64,000 nucleotides of DNA from NCBI RefSeq assembly GCF_963921235.1, contig NC_086109.1, positions 10,046,001 through 10,110,000 on the forward strand, read 5' to 3'. How positions within the stretch are numbered: position 1 is the first letter of the stretch; every line of letters starts with the position of its first letter. Below the pieces are notes generated by a model. The model ran no database searches. It was not told the origin of the DNA and saw nothing but the letters and a program-made list of their open reading frames with translations. A program made the translations under genes and the position numbers. The stretch is from Mobula hypostoma. Its lineage: Eukaryota. Positions 12,816-24,077 of the stretch are shown here, piece by piece.

Positions 12816-13289
12816 TAATTGCCTACTACAACATGGCACATAATGATGATGATGATGATGATGACATCTTAGAAAGGATGGGCTGGTATTGGAGTGGGTC
12901 TGGAGGTTCATGAGACTGTTACTGGGTAGAAGGAATGGGCCACAAATCTGGTGTCTCTGGGTGATCAGCAGCAGCAGAGTTGGATGAAGAAGTGGTGTCC
13001 GGTATGTGGTAGTTCCAATGTTTCCATGTCTTCATTCCTTCAACATCTTCAAAATGCCATGCCTCAAGATGGCACCATCCATCATGGAAGACCCCCAGCA
13101 TCCAGGACAAGCCCTCCTCTCATTACTGCCATCAAGAAGGAAGGACAGAAGCCTGAAGAGACACGATCAACGTTCCAGGAACAGTTTCTTCCCCTCTTCC
13201 ATCAGATCTCTGAGTGGCCCATGAACACTACCTCAATATTTTGCTCTAGTTTTGCACTGCATCTTTATTTGTTTATATTCATCATTATA

Positions 13290-13603
13290 ACTTCTTCTTT
13301 TAGGCATCCGTTAGTCTCATGAGACCATGGATTTGCGCCTTGGAAGGTTTCCAGGGCGCAGGCCTGGGCAAGGTTGTATGGAAGACCAGCAGTTGCCCAT
13401 GCTGCAAGTCTCCCCTCTCCACGCCACCGATGTTGTCCAAGGGAAGGGCATTAGGACCCATACAGCTTGGCACCAGTGTCATTGCAAAGCAATGTCAGGT
13501 AAAGTGCCTTGCTCAGGGACACAACACGCTGCCTCTGCCAAGGCTTGAATTAGCGACGTTTGAATCACTAGACGAACGCCTTAACCACTTGGCCACGCGC
13601 CAA
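13290..13603 (-). mobile_element. tRNA-headed SINE with RTE-like tail (family also at about 26390-26612, 35531-35812, 41770-41930)
   Basis: Minus-strand head ggc(a/g)cgtggccaagtggttaagg...ttc(g/a)agcc with A/B-box-like motifs; body shared among four copies. Confidence 0.7.
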
Positions 13604-15008
13604 CATAATTATAACTTACAAAAATGTTTTTTGTATTGCAATATACCACTGCCACAAAACAACAAACTTCACCACACAGTGATAATAAACCTGATTCTGA
13701 TTAAAATTTAAGCATTGCACCATGGTGCCAGGATATAAAATAGTTCACAGGTTCATAGAATTGTACAGCACAGGAACAGGCCCTTCAGCCCATCTAGTTC
13801 ATGCACAGCCTCGTGGAAACAAATTGTTGTATGCGTGGAATCTACACATTCTGCTTCTGACTAAATGGGAGCTCCTGTTTCCTCCCCCGTGTGCAATTTC
13901 TTGGGGTAACAATTCACTGTAAATTGTCCTCAGTGTGTGGGAAGGGGAGCTTATGAAAATGTTAAGAGCATGAAAAGAATGGGGTCTGTGCACAATTAAT
14001 GTAAGATATCTGCTCAATGGCTGTCACGTTTTTGGTGGGCTGAATGTCCTGTTCCCATGTTATCTGTGTCTATGACCAGCAGCGACGTTAATGAATGGCA
14101 GAGCCGTATTCAATAGTCTTTTCATCATTCTCCACTTTGTTGGTCAAAACTGGACGCTAATCAGAATCAGAATCAGGTTTATTGTCACCAGTTTCACCGA
14201 GAGAGTCAAGCACGTGTCAGATGTTGGTGAACGGAAAAAGAAAAATCATATGAAATATTTTTGTGGACGCATATATACTTTTCAAGTTTGGTGGGTCCTT
14301 CATACGGCTGGAAAAGAAACCACTGTTTCCACAAGTCGCTGACCAACCTGTTTGCTTCACAGTTGGTGGGCATAATATTTATTGAACTACTTGGCTCGAG
14401 TTCTACAGTGCTGACAGGAGCATGCCGTGGGTTTATTCTTATGGGTACATCCGCAGGCCACGCGCTAACCAGTGAGTGAGGAAGCCAGGGCTGGGTGGGT
14501 GAACGCGGGAGGACACACTTCTGCAGAAAGGTGGTGGGTTGGGCGGAGGGAGATTCAGTGCGGGAGATTTATTCATTTATATATTGAGATACAGTGCAGA
14601 GTAGACCCGTCCGGCCCTTCGAGGCACGCTGCCCAGCCATCCCTGATTTAACCCTAGCCTAACCTACAATGACCAATTAACCTACCAACTGGTAGGTCTT
14701 TGGACTGTGGGAGGAAACTAGAGCGGTCAGGGGAGAAGGTACAAGCTCCTTACAGGCAGTGGCGGAAAGTGAACCTGGGTCACTGGTGCTGTGAAGCATT
14801 GTGCTAACCATTACACCACTGTGCCACCTGGCAGGCTAATGTGATGCTAGAGGAGATGAGAGATAAGAGACAAAGTAATCGCTGGTTGTGCTTCCAGCTA
14901 ATGGTATCTGTTTAGAAGTCAAATATAAGTCCTTGTGGGTAAACCTTTGTAACACGCAAATGCTGGAGGAGCTCAGCAGGTCAGGCAGTGTCTACAGAAG
15001 GGAATTAA

Positions 15009-15046
15009 CAGTCGACGTTTCAGGCTGAGACCCTTCATCAGGATTG
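15009..15046 (-). ncRNA. Minimal type I hammerhead ribozyme motif (Penelope-associated), best-preserved copy
   Basis: Minus strand reads caatc-CTGATGA-agg-gtctcag-cct-GAAA-cg-TC-gactg: intact core CUGAUGA/GAAA/GUC, 3-bp stem II, palindromic ACGT stem III, stem I with one mismatch. Confidence 0.65.
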
Positions 15047-15148
15047 GAAAGGAAAGTGGAAGAAGCCTGTATAAGAAAGTGGGAGGGAGTACAAGCTGGC
15101 AGCTGATAGGTGCAGTCAGATGAGGGCGAAAGTGGGTGGAGGAGGGAG

Positions 15149-15576
15149 CAGGGGTGCAGTGCTAGCACGTCCCGCACATCTTTAAGAAAAAAGCCGAAAT
15201 AAACAAGCTAATTAATGAGGTGCCGCCCAGGGTGATTTGAGTACCTCAGAAACTGCTGATCTCCTGGGATTTTTATGCAGAACAGTCTCTGGAGTTTACA
15301 AAGAATGGTGCTAAAAACAAAAAAAAACAGTGGGTGGCTGTTCTATGAGCGAAAACATCTTGTTAAGTCCACTCGCTGGAGTTTTTTTTTGATTTTGGCA
15401 CCATTCTTTGTAAATTCCCGAGTCTGATCTGTGTAAAAATCCCAGAAGATCAGCAGTTTCTGAGATACTCAAACCACCCTAGGCGGCACCTCATTAATTA
15501 GCTTGTTTATTTCGGCTTTTTTCTTAAAGATGAGCAGGACGTGCACTCGTGCGCTCCGGCTAGCACTGCACCACTG
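15149..15576. mobile_element. hAT-type palindromic MITE
   Basis: 18-bp TIRs caggggtgcagtgctagc / gctagcactgcaccactg (17/18), 8-bp TSD ggagggag / ggaggggg, long internal inverted arms; inserted in a Penelope-like element (about 14950-15815). Confidence 0.8.
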
Positions 15577-15828
15577 GGAGGGGGGGTGGAAAATAAAGTG
15601 AGAAGCTGGGAGGTGAGAGGTGGGAAAGGGAAATGTCAGAAGATGGAATCTGATAGGAGAAGAGAGTGGACCATGGAAGAAAAGGAGGGAGGAGGGCCAC
15701 CAGAGGGAGGTGATGGGCAGGTGAGGAGAAGAGAAGGGTGTAAGAAGGGAGCCAGAATTAAGAAAAGGAGAAAGAGGAGGGAGAAAAATGACCAGGGGTT
15801 AGAGAAATCAATGTTCATCAGGTAAATC

Positions 15829-16138
15829 TTCCTAGAGATGCTGCCTGGCCTGCTGCATTCACCAGCAACTTTGACGTGTGTTGCTTGAATTTCCAGCATC
15901 TGCAGAATTCCTCGTGTTTACCCCTCCCCTCCTGTCTTCTCCTATCATTTTGGATCTTCCCCTCCCCCTCCCACTTTCAAATCTCTTACTATCTCTTCTT
16001 TCAGTTAATCCTGACGAAGGGTCCCAGCCCGAAACGTCAACTGTACCTCTTCCTAGAGATGCTGCCTGGCCTGCTGCATTCACCAGCAACTTTGATGTGT
16101 GTTGCTTGAATTTCCAGCATCTGCAAAATTCCTCGTGT
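15829..16138 (+). mobile_element. Penelope-like insertion with direct terminal repeat (pseudo-LTR) and 11-bp TSD
   Basis: About 90-bp direct repeat at 15829-15918 and 16050-16139; TSD tcaggtaaatc at 15818-15828 and 16139-16149; hammerhead core at 16011-16038. Confidence 0.8.
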
Positions 16139-16254
16139 TCAGGTAAATCATTGTCATTTGGAAATGCTATGCAGTCTGAGCGAGAGCAGCTTCACGAGCA
16201 CTCAGTAAGCTCAACATCATACAAGATATAACACATTTGTCACCTATCCATGAC

Positions 16255-16590
16255 CACTCACTCACTCCAGCACCAACACACAGCAGAATCGCCGTGTACC
16301 ATCCGCAGGATGCACTGCAGTACCTCACCGAGACTCCTCAGACAGTACCTTCCAACACCCCACCACCTCTCCCAGTCAAAGGGGGTATTTAAAACACAGG
16401 GAGCACCACCACCAAGTCACACACCATCCTGACTTAGAAATATATCGCTGATCCTTCACCATCACTGGGTCGGAATCCTGGAACCCTCTCTTCCTGACAG
16501 CCCAGTTGACGCAGTTCAAGAAGGCAACTCACTGTCACCTTCTTAAGGGCGACTAGGGGCAGACAATTAAATGCTGGCTCAGCCCACGTG
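16255..16590 (+). mobile_element. Old L2/CR1-group LINE 3' end
   Basis: Recognisable 3' segment ...cacaccatcctgacttagaaatatatcgc...gttcaagaaggca..caccttcttaaggg..taaatgctggc. Confidence 0.45.
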
Positions 16591-17139
16591 CCTTTAATAA
16601 TATATCTCTTTTGTTATATATTAATATACATAAATATTCATCCCCTAATTACATATTAATATACTAATATATTAATATGAGGAGAGAGGCCATTTGCTCT
16701 ATTAGGATTGTACTAACTCTCTATAGAGCAATACTGTTTCAATATAGTTTCATTCCCCCCTCAATTTTTATCATCTTGCAGATTATTTTCTCACAAGCCC
16801 TGACACTGTCGCTCTTTGAGGGCCCTGGTTGGATCTGTTTCCATCACCGTACAGTTGAGAGTTCCACCAGATTTTCATCTCTCCCTCTGTAAAAAGAAAA
16901 AAGACTTTTCTACCTGTATCACTTTCCCATCATGTTGAATCTGAGAAAAACAAAAATAAGAGCTGGAAATGTAAAATAAAAATCAAAATTGCTGGGGAAA
17001 AAAAACCCAAGGAAGATTTGAAACAGAAACAGTGATGTTTCAGTTGTAAGCCCCTTCGTTAGAACTGGGGAAGAAAGATTTTTAAAGATGTGAAAAATAA
17101 AAATGAATACAGCAGATGTTGAAAACCTGAACTAAAAAT

Positions 17140-17734
17140 AGTTGAAGTCTACAAGAAGGGTCAGAGCCGTCTCTATTTCCTGAGGCGACTGAGGTCCTTT
17201 AACATCTGCCGGACGATGCTGAGGATGTTCTACGAGTCTGTGGTGGCCAGTGCGATCATGTTTGCTGTTGTGTGCTGGGGCAGCAGGCTGAGGGTAGCAG
17301 ACACCAACAGAATCAACAAACTCATTCGTAAGGCCAGTGATGTTGTGCGGATGGAACTGGACTCTCCGACGGTGGTGTCTGAAAAGAGGATGCTGTCCAA
17401 GTTGCATGCCATCTTGGTCAATGTCTCCCATCCACTACATAATGTACTGGGTGGGCACAGGAGTACATTCAGCCAGAGACTCATTCCACCGAGATGCAAC
17501 ACAGAGCGTCATAGGAAGTCATTCCTGCCTGTGGCCATCAAACTTTACAACTCCTCCCTTGGAGAGTCAGACACCCTGAGCCAATAGGCTGGTCCTGGAC
17601 ATTTCATAATTTCCTGGCATAATTTACATATTACTATTTAATTATTTATGGTTCTATTACTATTTATTATGTATGGGCAACTGTAACGAAAACCAATTTC
17701 CCCCCAGGATCAATAAAGTATGACTATGACTATG
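17140..17734 (+). mobile_element. Rex1/Babar-like LINE 3' end, young
   Basis: Open frame RLYFLRRLRSF..FYESVVASAIMFAVVCWG..RHRKSFLPVAIKLYN; aataaa followed by a (tatgac)n tail. Confidence 0.8.
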
Positions 17735-17885
17735 AATGTTGGGGGAAAAAAAACAGGTCAGGCAGCACCTGTGGAGACAGATAATGAGAACCTTCAAGGA
17801 ACTAAGAAAAAGCTCAAATGAGAATGACTAATGCTCCAGCTCTCTTTCACAGCTCTGATAAAGAGTCTTTGACCTGAAACGTTAA

Positions 17886-18310
17886 GACCATAAGATAATA
17901 GGAACAGAATTAAGCCATTTGGCCCATCGAGTCTGCTCCATCATTTCATCATGGCTGATCCATTTCCACTCTCAGTCTCAACCTCCTGCCTTCTTATCGT
18001 ATTCCTTCATGCCCTGACTAAACAAGAATCTATCAACCTCTGCTTTAAATATACTCAATGACTTCAATTCCACAGCTGCCTGTGGCAACAAGTTTCACCG
18101 ATTCACCACTGTCTGGCTAACAAAATTCCTCCTCATCTCCGTTCTAAATGGACATCCTTCTATTCTAAGACTGTGCCCTCTGGTCTTGGACTCTCCACCA
18201 TAGGAAACATCCTCTTCACGTCCACTCTGTTGAGGCCGTGCAACATTTCAATGGGGTCATCCTTCATTCTTCGAAATACCAGCGAGTAGAGGCCCAGAGC
18301 CATCAAACAC
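17886..18310 (-). mobile_element. CR1-type LINE 3' end
   Basis: Reverse complement of the CR1 3' UTR (gaccataaga tail); related copies at about 33460-33850 and 26630-26890. Confidence 0.7.
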
Positions 18311-18529
18311 TCTGATTTTCTCTCCGCAGATGCTGCCTGACCTACTGAGTGCTTCTGGATATTTTTTTAAACTTTGAATCTGCCCCCCCCCTCACCATTT
18401 ATTGATGGGAGCAGGTTCTCTCTAGCTCTTCTGCTGAAACCCATCATGATCCAATTCCAGTGGAAATGAAAATAACAAAATCAGGAGAGCTCGGTGGTTC
18501 AAGAATGCAAATAAGCTACGATCAGTCTA

Positions 18530-18693
18530 AGTACCAAAAACAAAAAAAATCCAACAAGTGGACTTAACAAGATGTTTTCGCCCACAGAACAGACACTCAC
18601 TGGATTTTTTTTTGTTTTTGGCACCATTCTTTGTAAACTCCAGAGCCTGTTGTGCGTAAAAATTCCAGGAGATCAGCAGTTTCTGAGGTACTC
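18530..18693. mobile_element. Fragment of the same palindromic MITE family as 15149-15576
   Basis: gtggacttaacaagatgttttcgc is the reverse complement of the MITE centre; one arm retained. Confidence 0.7.
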
Positions 18694-19276
18694 TGACAGG
18701 AATTGATGAAGCGACAAAATGTCTCTGGGTAAGGGGAACTCCTCTAGGTAGCAGTAGGACTTTGAAGTGGCCGTTCATCTCAATGGTACCAGAGGCTGTG
18801 ACCACTGACCTCTGTCCTCGGCAAAGACACATCCTGAAACCGTTAAAATACATCATGAATGACACAAGTTAATGACGCAAAAAGTCGTTTTCAACAGGTT
18901 CTGAAAGCCAATGTCCGGAAATAAGCTTTACTTAATGTGTCCAGTTAAAAGGCGTATTTCATATGCATCCTTAACCAAGCACAGTTAACCTGTGTGACTT
19001 GGCACAGCAGCTTAGAGTCCAAAATCTGTTCCGTAAGCTGTATTTCAAGTTCTGAAAGAATTATTTTGCAAACAGGGATGAAAGGCTGGATCAAGTCATG
19101 CACTTCATTGCGTGGGAAGGCAATATTTATCCCATGTGTTTCCTGGGCAGAGTGAGTATTTCCAATCAGCCGAAAAAAGTGGAATGTGGAGAATTCTGCG
19201 GAGAAAAATGCAGAGTTGGAGTCAGCACAATGCCCGTTGGCTAGAAACCTTTCACCTCAGCAATGAAGGCATAAAA

Positions 19277-19520
19277 AGAGAGGGGGGAAGTGAGAGGGTG
19301 AGAGAGAGAGAGGGGGGAGAGAGAGAGAGAGAGAAAGAGAGAAACAGAGGAGGGGCAGAAAGAGAGGGAGAAGAAGTGGGTGAGGGAGGGGCAAGAGGGG
19401 GAGAGAGAGTGAGAGAGAGAGAGAGTTGAGGGGGAAGAGAGGGAGAAGAAACGGTCAGGGTGAAGGAGAGAGGGGGGGAGAGAGAGGGAGGGAGGGAGAG
19501 AGAGAGAAAGAGAGACAGAG
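19277..19520. repeat. Polypurine (GA/GGA-rich) low-complexity tract
   Basis: About 240 bp almost entirely G/A. Confidence 0.9.
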
Positions 19521-20085
19521 AATATAATCAGTATAATACACAGCAAGGGGTAGTTCATCTACTTTGCAGTGAGGACCCAGGATATTGGTACCATACCAGC
19601 TCTATTAATGAAATATATGGAAAACTTTTGCCTATTAAACTTGTAACTAGTGCTCAAAATCATTGGTTTCTGCCTGTACTCTATACATCCAGGAAGTGGT
19701 GGGTACACCAGCCAAGTCCATCACTAGCAAAGTCCTCCCCACTAATGAGTACACTTAGGTGGAGTGCTGCCATTAGAAAGCAGCATCCATCATCAAAAGC
19801 CATCACCATCCAGCCCATGCCCTCTTCTCCTATTAGGAAGGAGGTACAGAAGCCTTAGAGCGCACACTACCAGTTTCAGAAACAGAGATTACCCCACAAC
19901 CAACAGGACCCTGAACCAGTATGGATAATGTCATTCACCACAACGTCAAACTGATTCTGGCCAGGCAGCATCTATGGGTCTTCAACTGAAAAGCTGACTG
20001 TTTATTCCCCTCCATAGATGCTTCCTGACCTGCTGAGTTCGTCCAGCATTTTGTGTGTGTGTGTTGCTCTGGATTTCCAGCATCC

Positions 20086-20598
20086 CACACAAAGCTGGGT
20101 GGCAGTGTGAAATGTGAGGAGGATGTTATGAGAATGCAGGGTGACTTGGACAGGCTGGATGAGTGGGCAGATGCATGGCAGATGCAGTTTAATGTGGATA
20201 AATGTGAGGTTATCCACTTTGGTGGTAAGAACGGGAAGGCAGATTATTATCTAAATGGAATCAAGTTAGGAAAAGGGGAAGCACAACGAGATCTAGGTGT
20301 TCTTGTACATCAGTCACTGAAAACAAGCATGCAAGTACAGCAAGCAGTGAAGAAAAACTTTTTCACCCAGAGAGTGGTGGATATATGGAATGCTCTGCCC
20401 CTGAAGGCTGTGGAGGCCATGTCCCTGGATGCTTTCAAAAAAGAGATGGATAGAGCTCTTAAAGATAGCGGAATCAAAGGTTATGGGGATAAGGCAGGAA
20501 GTGGATACTGATTGTGGATGATCAGCCATGATCACAGTGAATGGCGGTGCTGGCTCAAAGGGCCGAATGGCCTACTCCTGCACCTATTGTCTATTGTC
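20086..20598 (+). mobile_element. CR1-type LINE fragment with internal deletion
   Basis: TKLGG..DLDRLDEWADAWQMQFNVDKCEV..QQAVKK joined directly to NFFTQRVV..; tail ctattgtctattgt. Confidence 0.85.
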
Positions 20599-21259
20599 TG
20601 TGTCTGAACAGAATCTACCTCCTCACTTTCAAGCACACTTCACAACCCATGTTCTCAATATTATTTTTTATGTGCACAGTTTGTCTTCTTCTGCACATTG
20701 GATGTTTATTTATTTATCATTTAGGGATACAGCACAGTAACAGGTCCTTCCAGTCCACTGATCCCACACCTTCCAATTACACCCATGTAACCAATTAACC
20801 TCCTAACCTGTATGTCTTTAGAACGTGGGAGGAAACAGTAGCATCCAGAGGAAACCCATCCTGTCACGGGAAGAACGTACAGACTCCTTACAAGCAGCGG
20901 CAGGTACCGTGCCATCCCTAAATGTATAGTTTTTTGTAATTTCTATTCTATTTTTCTTTTTGTAAATGCCTGCACAAAATTAATCTCAAAGTAGTATATG
21001 GTGACATACATACTTTGATAATAAATTTATTTGAACATTAATCTTTTGAACTTTGAACTACCAGCAAGTTTCAGAAGGTTGGTTTGGTCAGGTCCTTCTA
21101 GACCACTGGGACAACCTTCCCTAGTCTGAGGCTGATTGTGTGTTTGTGCAGATTCTTAGGCCTGATTGTCACTGTATTTCCAAATGGAGGGGCCACAGCA
21201 AAAGTCACTCACTGCAACCAACCAATGCTCCAACATGGACATGGAAAAATTCTGGCGGT

Positions 21260-22195
21260 GAAATTTGTAGATGACATCAAAATTGGAGGTGTAGTGGACA
21301 GCCAGGAAGACTATGCAGGCTTGCAGTGGGATCTGGACCAGCTGGAAAAACGGCAGTGGGCTTTAATGCAGACAAGTGTGAGTGGTTGCACTTTGGGAGG
21401 GCAGACCAGGGTAGCACTTACACAGGGAACTGTAGGGCACTGAGGAGTGTGGTAGAACAGTGGGATCTATAATTACTTGAAAGTGATGTCACAGGTAGAT
21501 AGGGTCTTCAAGAAAACTTTTGGCACATTGGCCTTCATAAATCAATGTATTGAACACAAGAGTTGGATGTTATGTTGAAATTGTTTAAGACATTGGTCAG
21601 GCCTAATTTAGAGTATTGTGTCCAGATTTGGTCACCTACCTTTAGGAAAGATGTAAGTAAGACTGAAAGAGTGCAGAGAAAATTTACAAGGATGTTGCTG
21701 GAACTTGAGGATCTGAGTTATAAGGAATGGTGGAATTGGTTCGGACTTCATTCCCTAGAACATAAAAGATTGAGGAGAGATTTGAAGGAGGTATACAAAA
21801 TTATGAACAGTATAGATAGGGTAAATGCAAGCAGGCTTTTTCCACTGAGGTTGGGTGAGACTGACTAGAAGTCATAGGTCAAGGGTGAAAGGTGAACTGT
21901 TTAAGGCAAGGAACCCTACTATTAACTGAGAAGTCTGGGGTCTCCAGGTTGGGAAACCCTGGTTTAAAGGGATCACAAGGGAGAACTTCTTTGCTCAGAG
22001 GGTGGTGAGTGTGTGGAACAAGCTGCCAGCAAAAGTGGTGGATGTGGGTTTAATTTCAACATTGAAGAGAAATTTGCATAGGAACATGGATGGGAGGAGG
22101 ATAGGTGCTGATCGATGGGACTGGGCAGATTTATGGTCTGGCATGGACTAGATGAGACAACAAGCCTGTTTCTATGCTGCAATGACTGTATGACT
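21260..22195 (+). mobile_element. CR1-type LINE RT/3' fragment
   Basis: KFVDDIKIGG, LVRPNLEYCVQIWSP, EVYKIM motifs, with frameshifts. Confidence 0.8.
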
Positions 22196-23774
22196 AAACT
22201 CGTGAGGCGAAGATCCAAGTTGTACAAACCTGGGTTGTTTTCTCTGACATAGCAGAGGCTGAGGAGAGAAATGAGAGAGGTTTATAAGATTATGAGAGGC
22301 ATAGATAGAGTAGAGAGCCAGTACCTTTTTCCCAGGGTTGAAATGTCTAATACCAGAGGGCATGAGAGGGGAGTAAGTTCAAAGGAGATGCAAAGTTCAG
22401 GGCAACAGAGAGTGGTGAAAACCTGGAATGTATTGTCAGGAATGTCGGCGGAGACATCTGGGAGGCTCTTAGATAGGAACACGACTGTGTAGAAGACAGA
22501 AGGACAGAAAGGACAGAGGAATAAAAGGATAGCCCTGATGAAAGGTATTGTCCCAAAACGTCAACTGCTAATTCTCTTCCTTCACCCCCCACCATAGATG
22601 CTGCCAGACCTGCTGAGTTTTATGTGTGTTGCTCAAGATTTCCTTTATCTGCAAAATCTTTTGTGCTTAGGAGACAGAACTACATTGTGCAGGCAGAAGG
22701 GTTTGGATTATTGGGCATTTGAGTGCTAATTTATTTAGATCAGCAAGACATTGTGAGCAGAAGGACCTGTTCCTGTTCTGTGCTGTTCTCAGTTATTATT
22801 CAAATGATTACTCTCTTACACTGCTCTGTTAGTCCATACAGAATACTCAGATCAACATCAGAATCAGGTTTAATATCACCAGCATATGCTCTGAAATGAG
22901 TTAACTTTCTGGCAGCAGTACATTGCAATACATGATACTATAGGGAAAAGCTGTGAATTACAGTAAATGTGTATATATGGAGAGTTAAATGAAATAAGTA
23001 GTGCAAAAAAATAAGAAATTAAAAAGTAGTGTTCATCGGTTCAATGTCCATTCAGAAATTGGATGAGAGGGAAAGAAGCTGTTCCTGAATCGTTGAGTGT
23101 TTGCCTTCAGGGTTCTGTACCTCCTGCCCGATGGTAGAAATGAGAAGAGGGCATGAGCTGGATGATGGGGGTCATTAATGATGGACGCCACCTTTCTGAG
23201 GCACCGTTCTTTGAAGAGGTCCTGGACTCTACAGATGCCCATGATGGAGCTGGCTAATTGTGAGCACATTATCAAGCTGAAAGGTTGCTGCAACCTTGGA
23301 GAAGTTACCTCAGAAACACCAAAGAAGTCAAAGCAGACATTAGTTTATACTGCTAAAATTCTTATTAGTCATTTTCACAATGTGTTTTTCTTGGAAACGA
23401 CAGGAACTAGATCAACAAATAAATCTCAGCACAGGCCAAAACAGACATCAATGCACAAGCATTCACATTTCCCTCCCCTCAGGAGCTCGTTAATGGATGT
23501 TCAGCATAAAATTGTCAGCTGTAAGAGCAACTCAGATTATAAAAAAAATTAAATAACTTATTAAAAAATAGTAAAAACAGCAAAAATATTCAGGCAGAAA
23601 AGTGGAATCAAACAAAAAACACTGACTAAGTCAATACAGCAACTCCAATTAAAGTGCAATTTTGTGTACCACCTCATTTGATTTTCCTAAGCCTATCTAT
23701 CACTTATAAACCTCCTTTTAAAGTAGAGTTTTGAAGCAAAATGTTTTGTAATGTCAAATATGTGACTTCACTGT

Positions 23775-23990
23775 CTTGATATCAAGGCAACTGGACTTGC
23801 TATGTTGTCTAGCAGACGTTTCGCCACTCATCCAAGACGCTTCTTCAGTTCTGATTCATGGTGGGTAGTTTTCCGGCTTATAAACTCTGTGAGTTGTTTA
23901 AAGGTTCTAGACAGCACAGCAGGGGTAGTTGCCTTGATTTACTACTGCTTGAGATACAATGACCTGGATGACTGAGAACCTTCATAGACG
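23775..23990. mobile_element. Penelope-like terminal-repeat fragment, second family
   Basis: Hammerhead-like motif; inverted tcaaggcaact / agttgccttga; end acctggatgactgagaa..cata. Confidence 0.5.
23811..23852 (-). ncRNA. Hammerhead-like motif of a second Penelope-like family (degenerate)
   Basis: Minus strand reads agaa-CTGAAGA-a-gcgtct-tggatg-agtggc-GAAA-cg-TC-tgct; core intact, stems partly decayed. Confidence 0.55.
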
Positions 23991-24077
23991 TATTTTCACT
24001 GGCTTGATTTCAGCCCTGGGACTGAAGTGAAATCTCAGCACATTGTCCATTAACAAATGAGTAACATACAATGGGCA

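Larger units (their letters stand above)
10821..12862 (+). mobile_element. RTE-related non-autonomous element with (gat)n tail, split by nested insertions
   Basis: 5' part 10821-11155 matches the inverted copy at 40320-40670; tail gatgatgat at 12844-12862; flanks at.ttagaa in a CR1 host. Confidence 0.6.

Noticed and set aside
19112..19558. Glu/Arg/Gly-rich and Ser/Leu/Pro-rich ORFs
   Set aside because: Translation artefacts of the GA tract; the same applies to ORFs over purine-rich Penelope UTRs at about 9349-9744 and 50928-51356.
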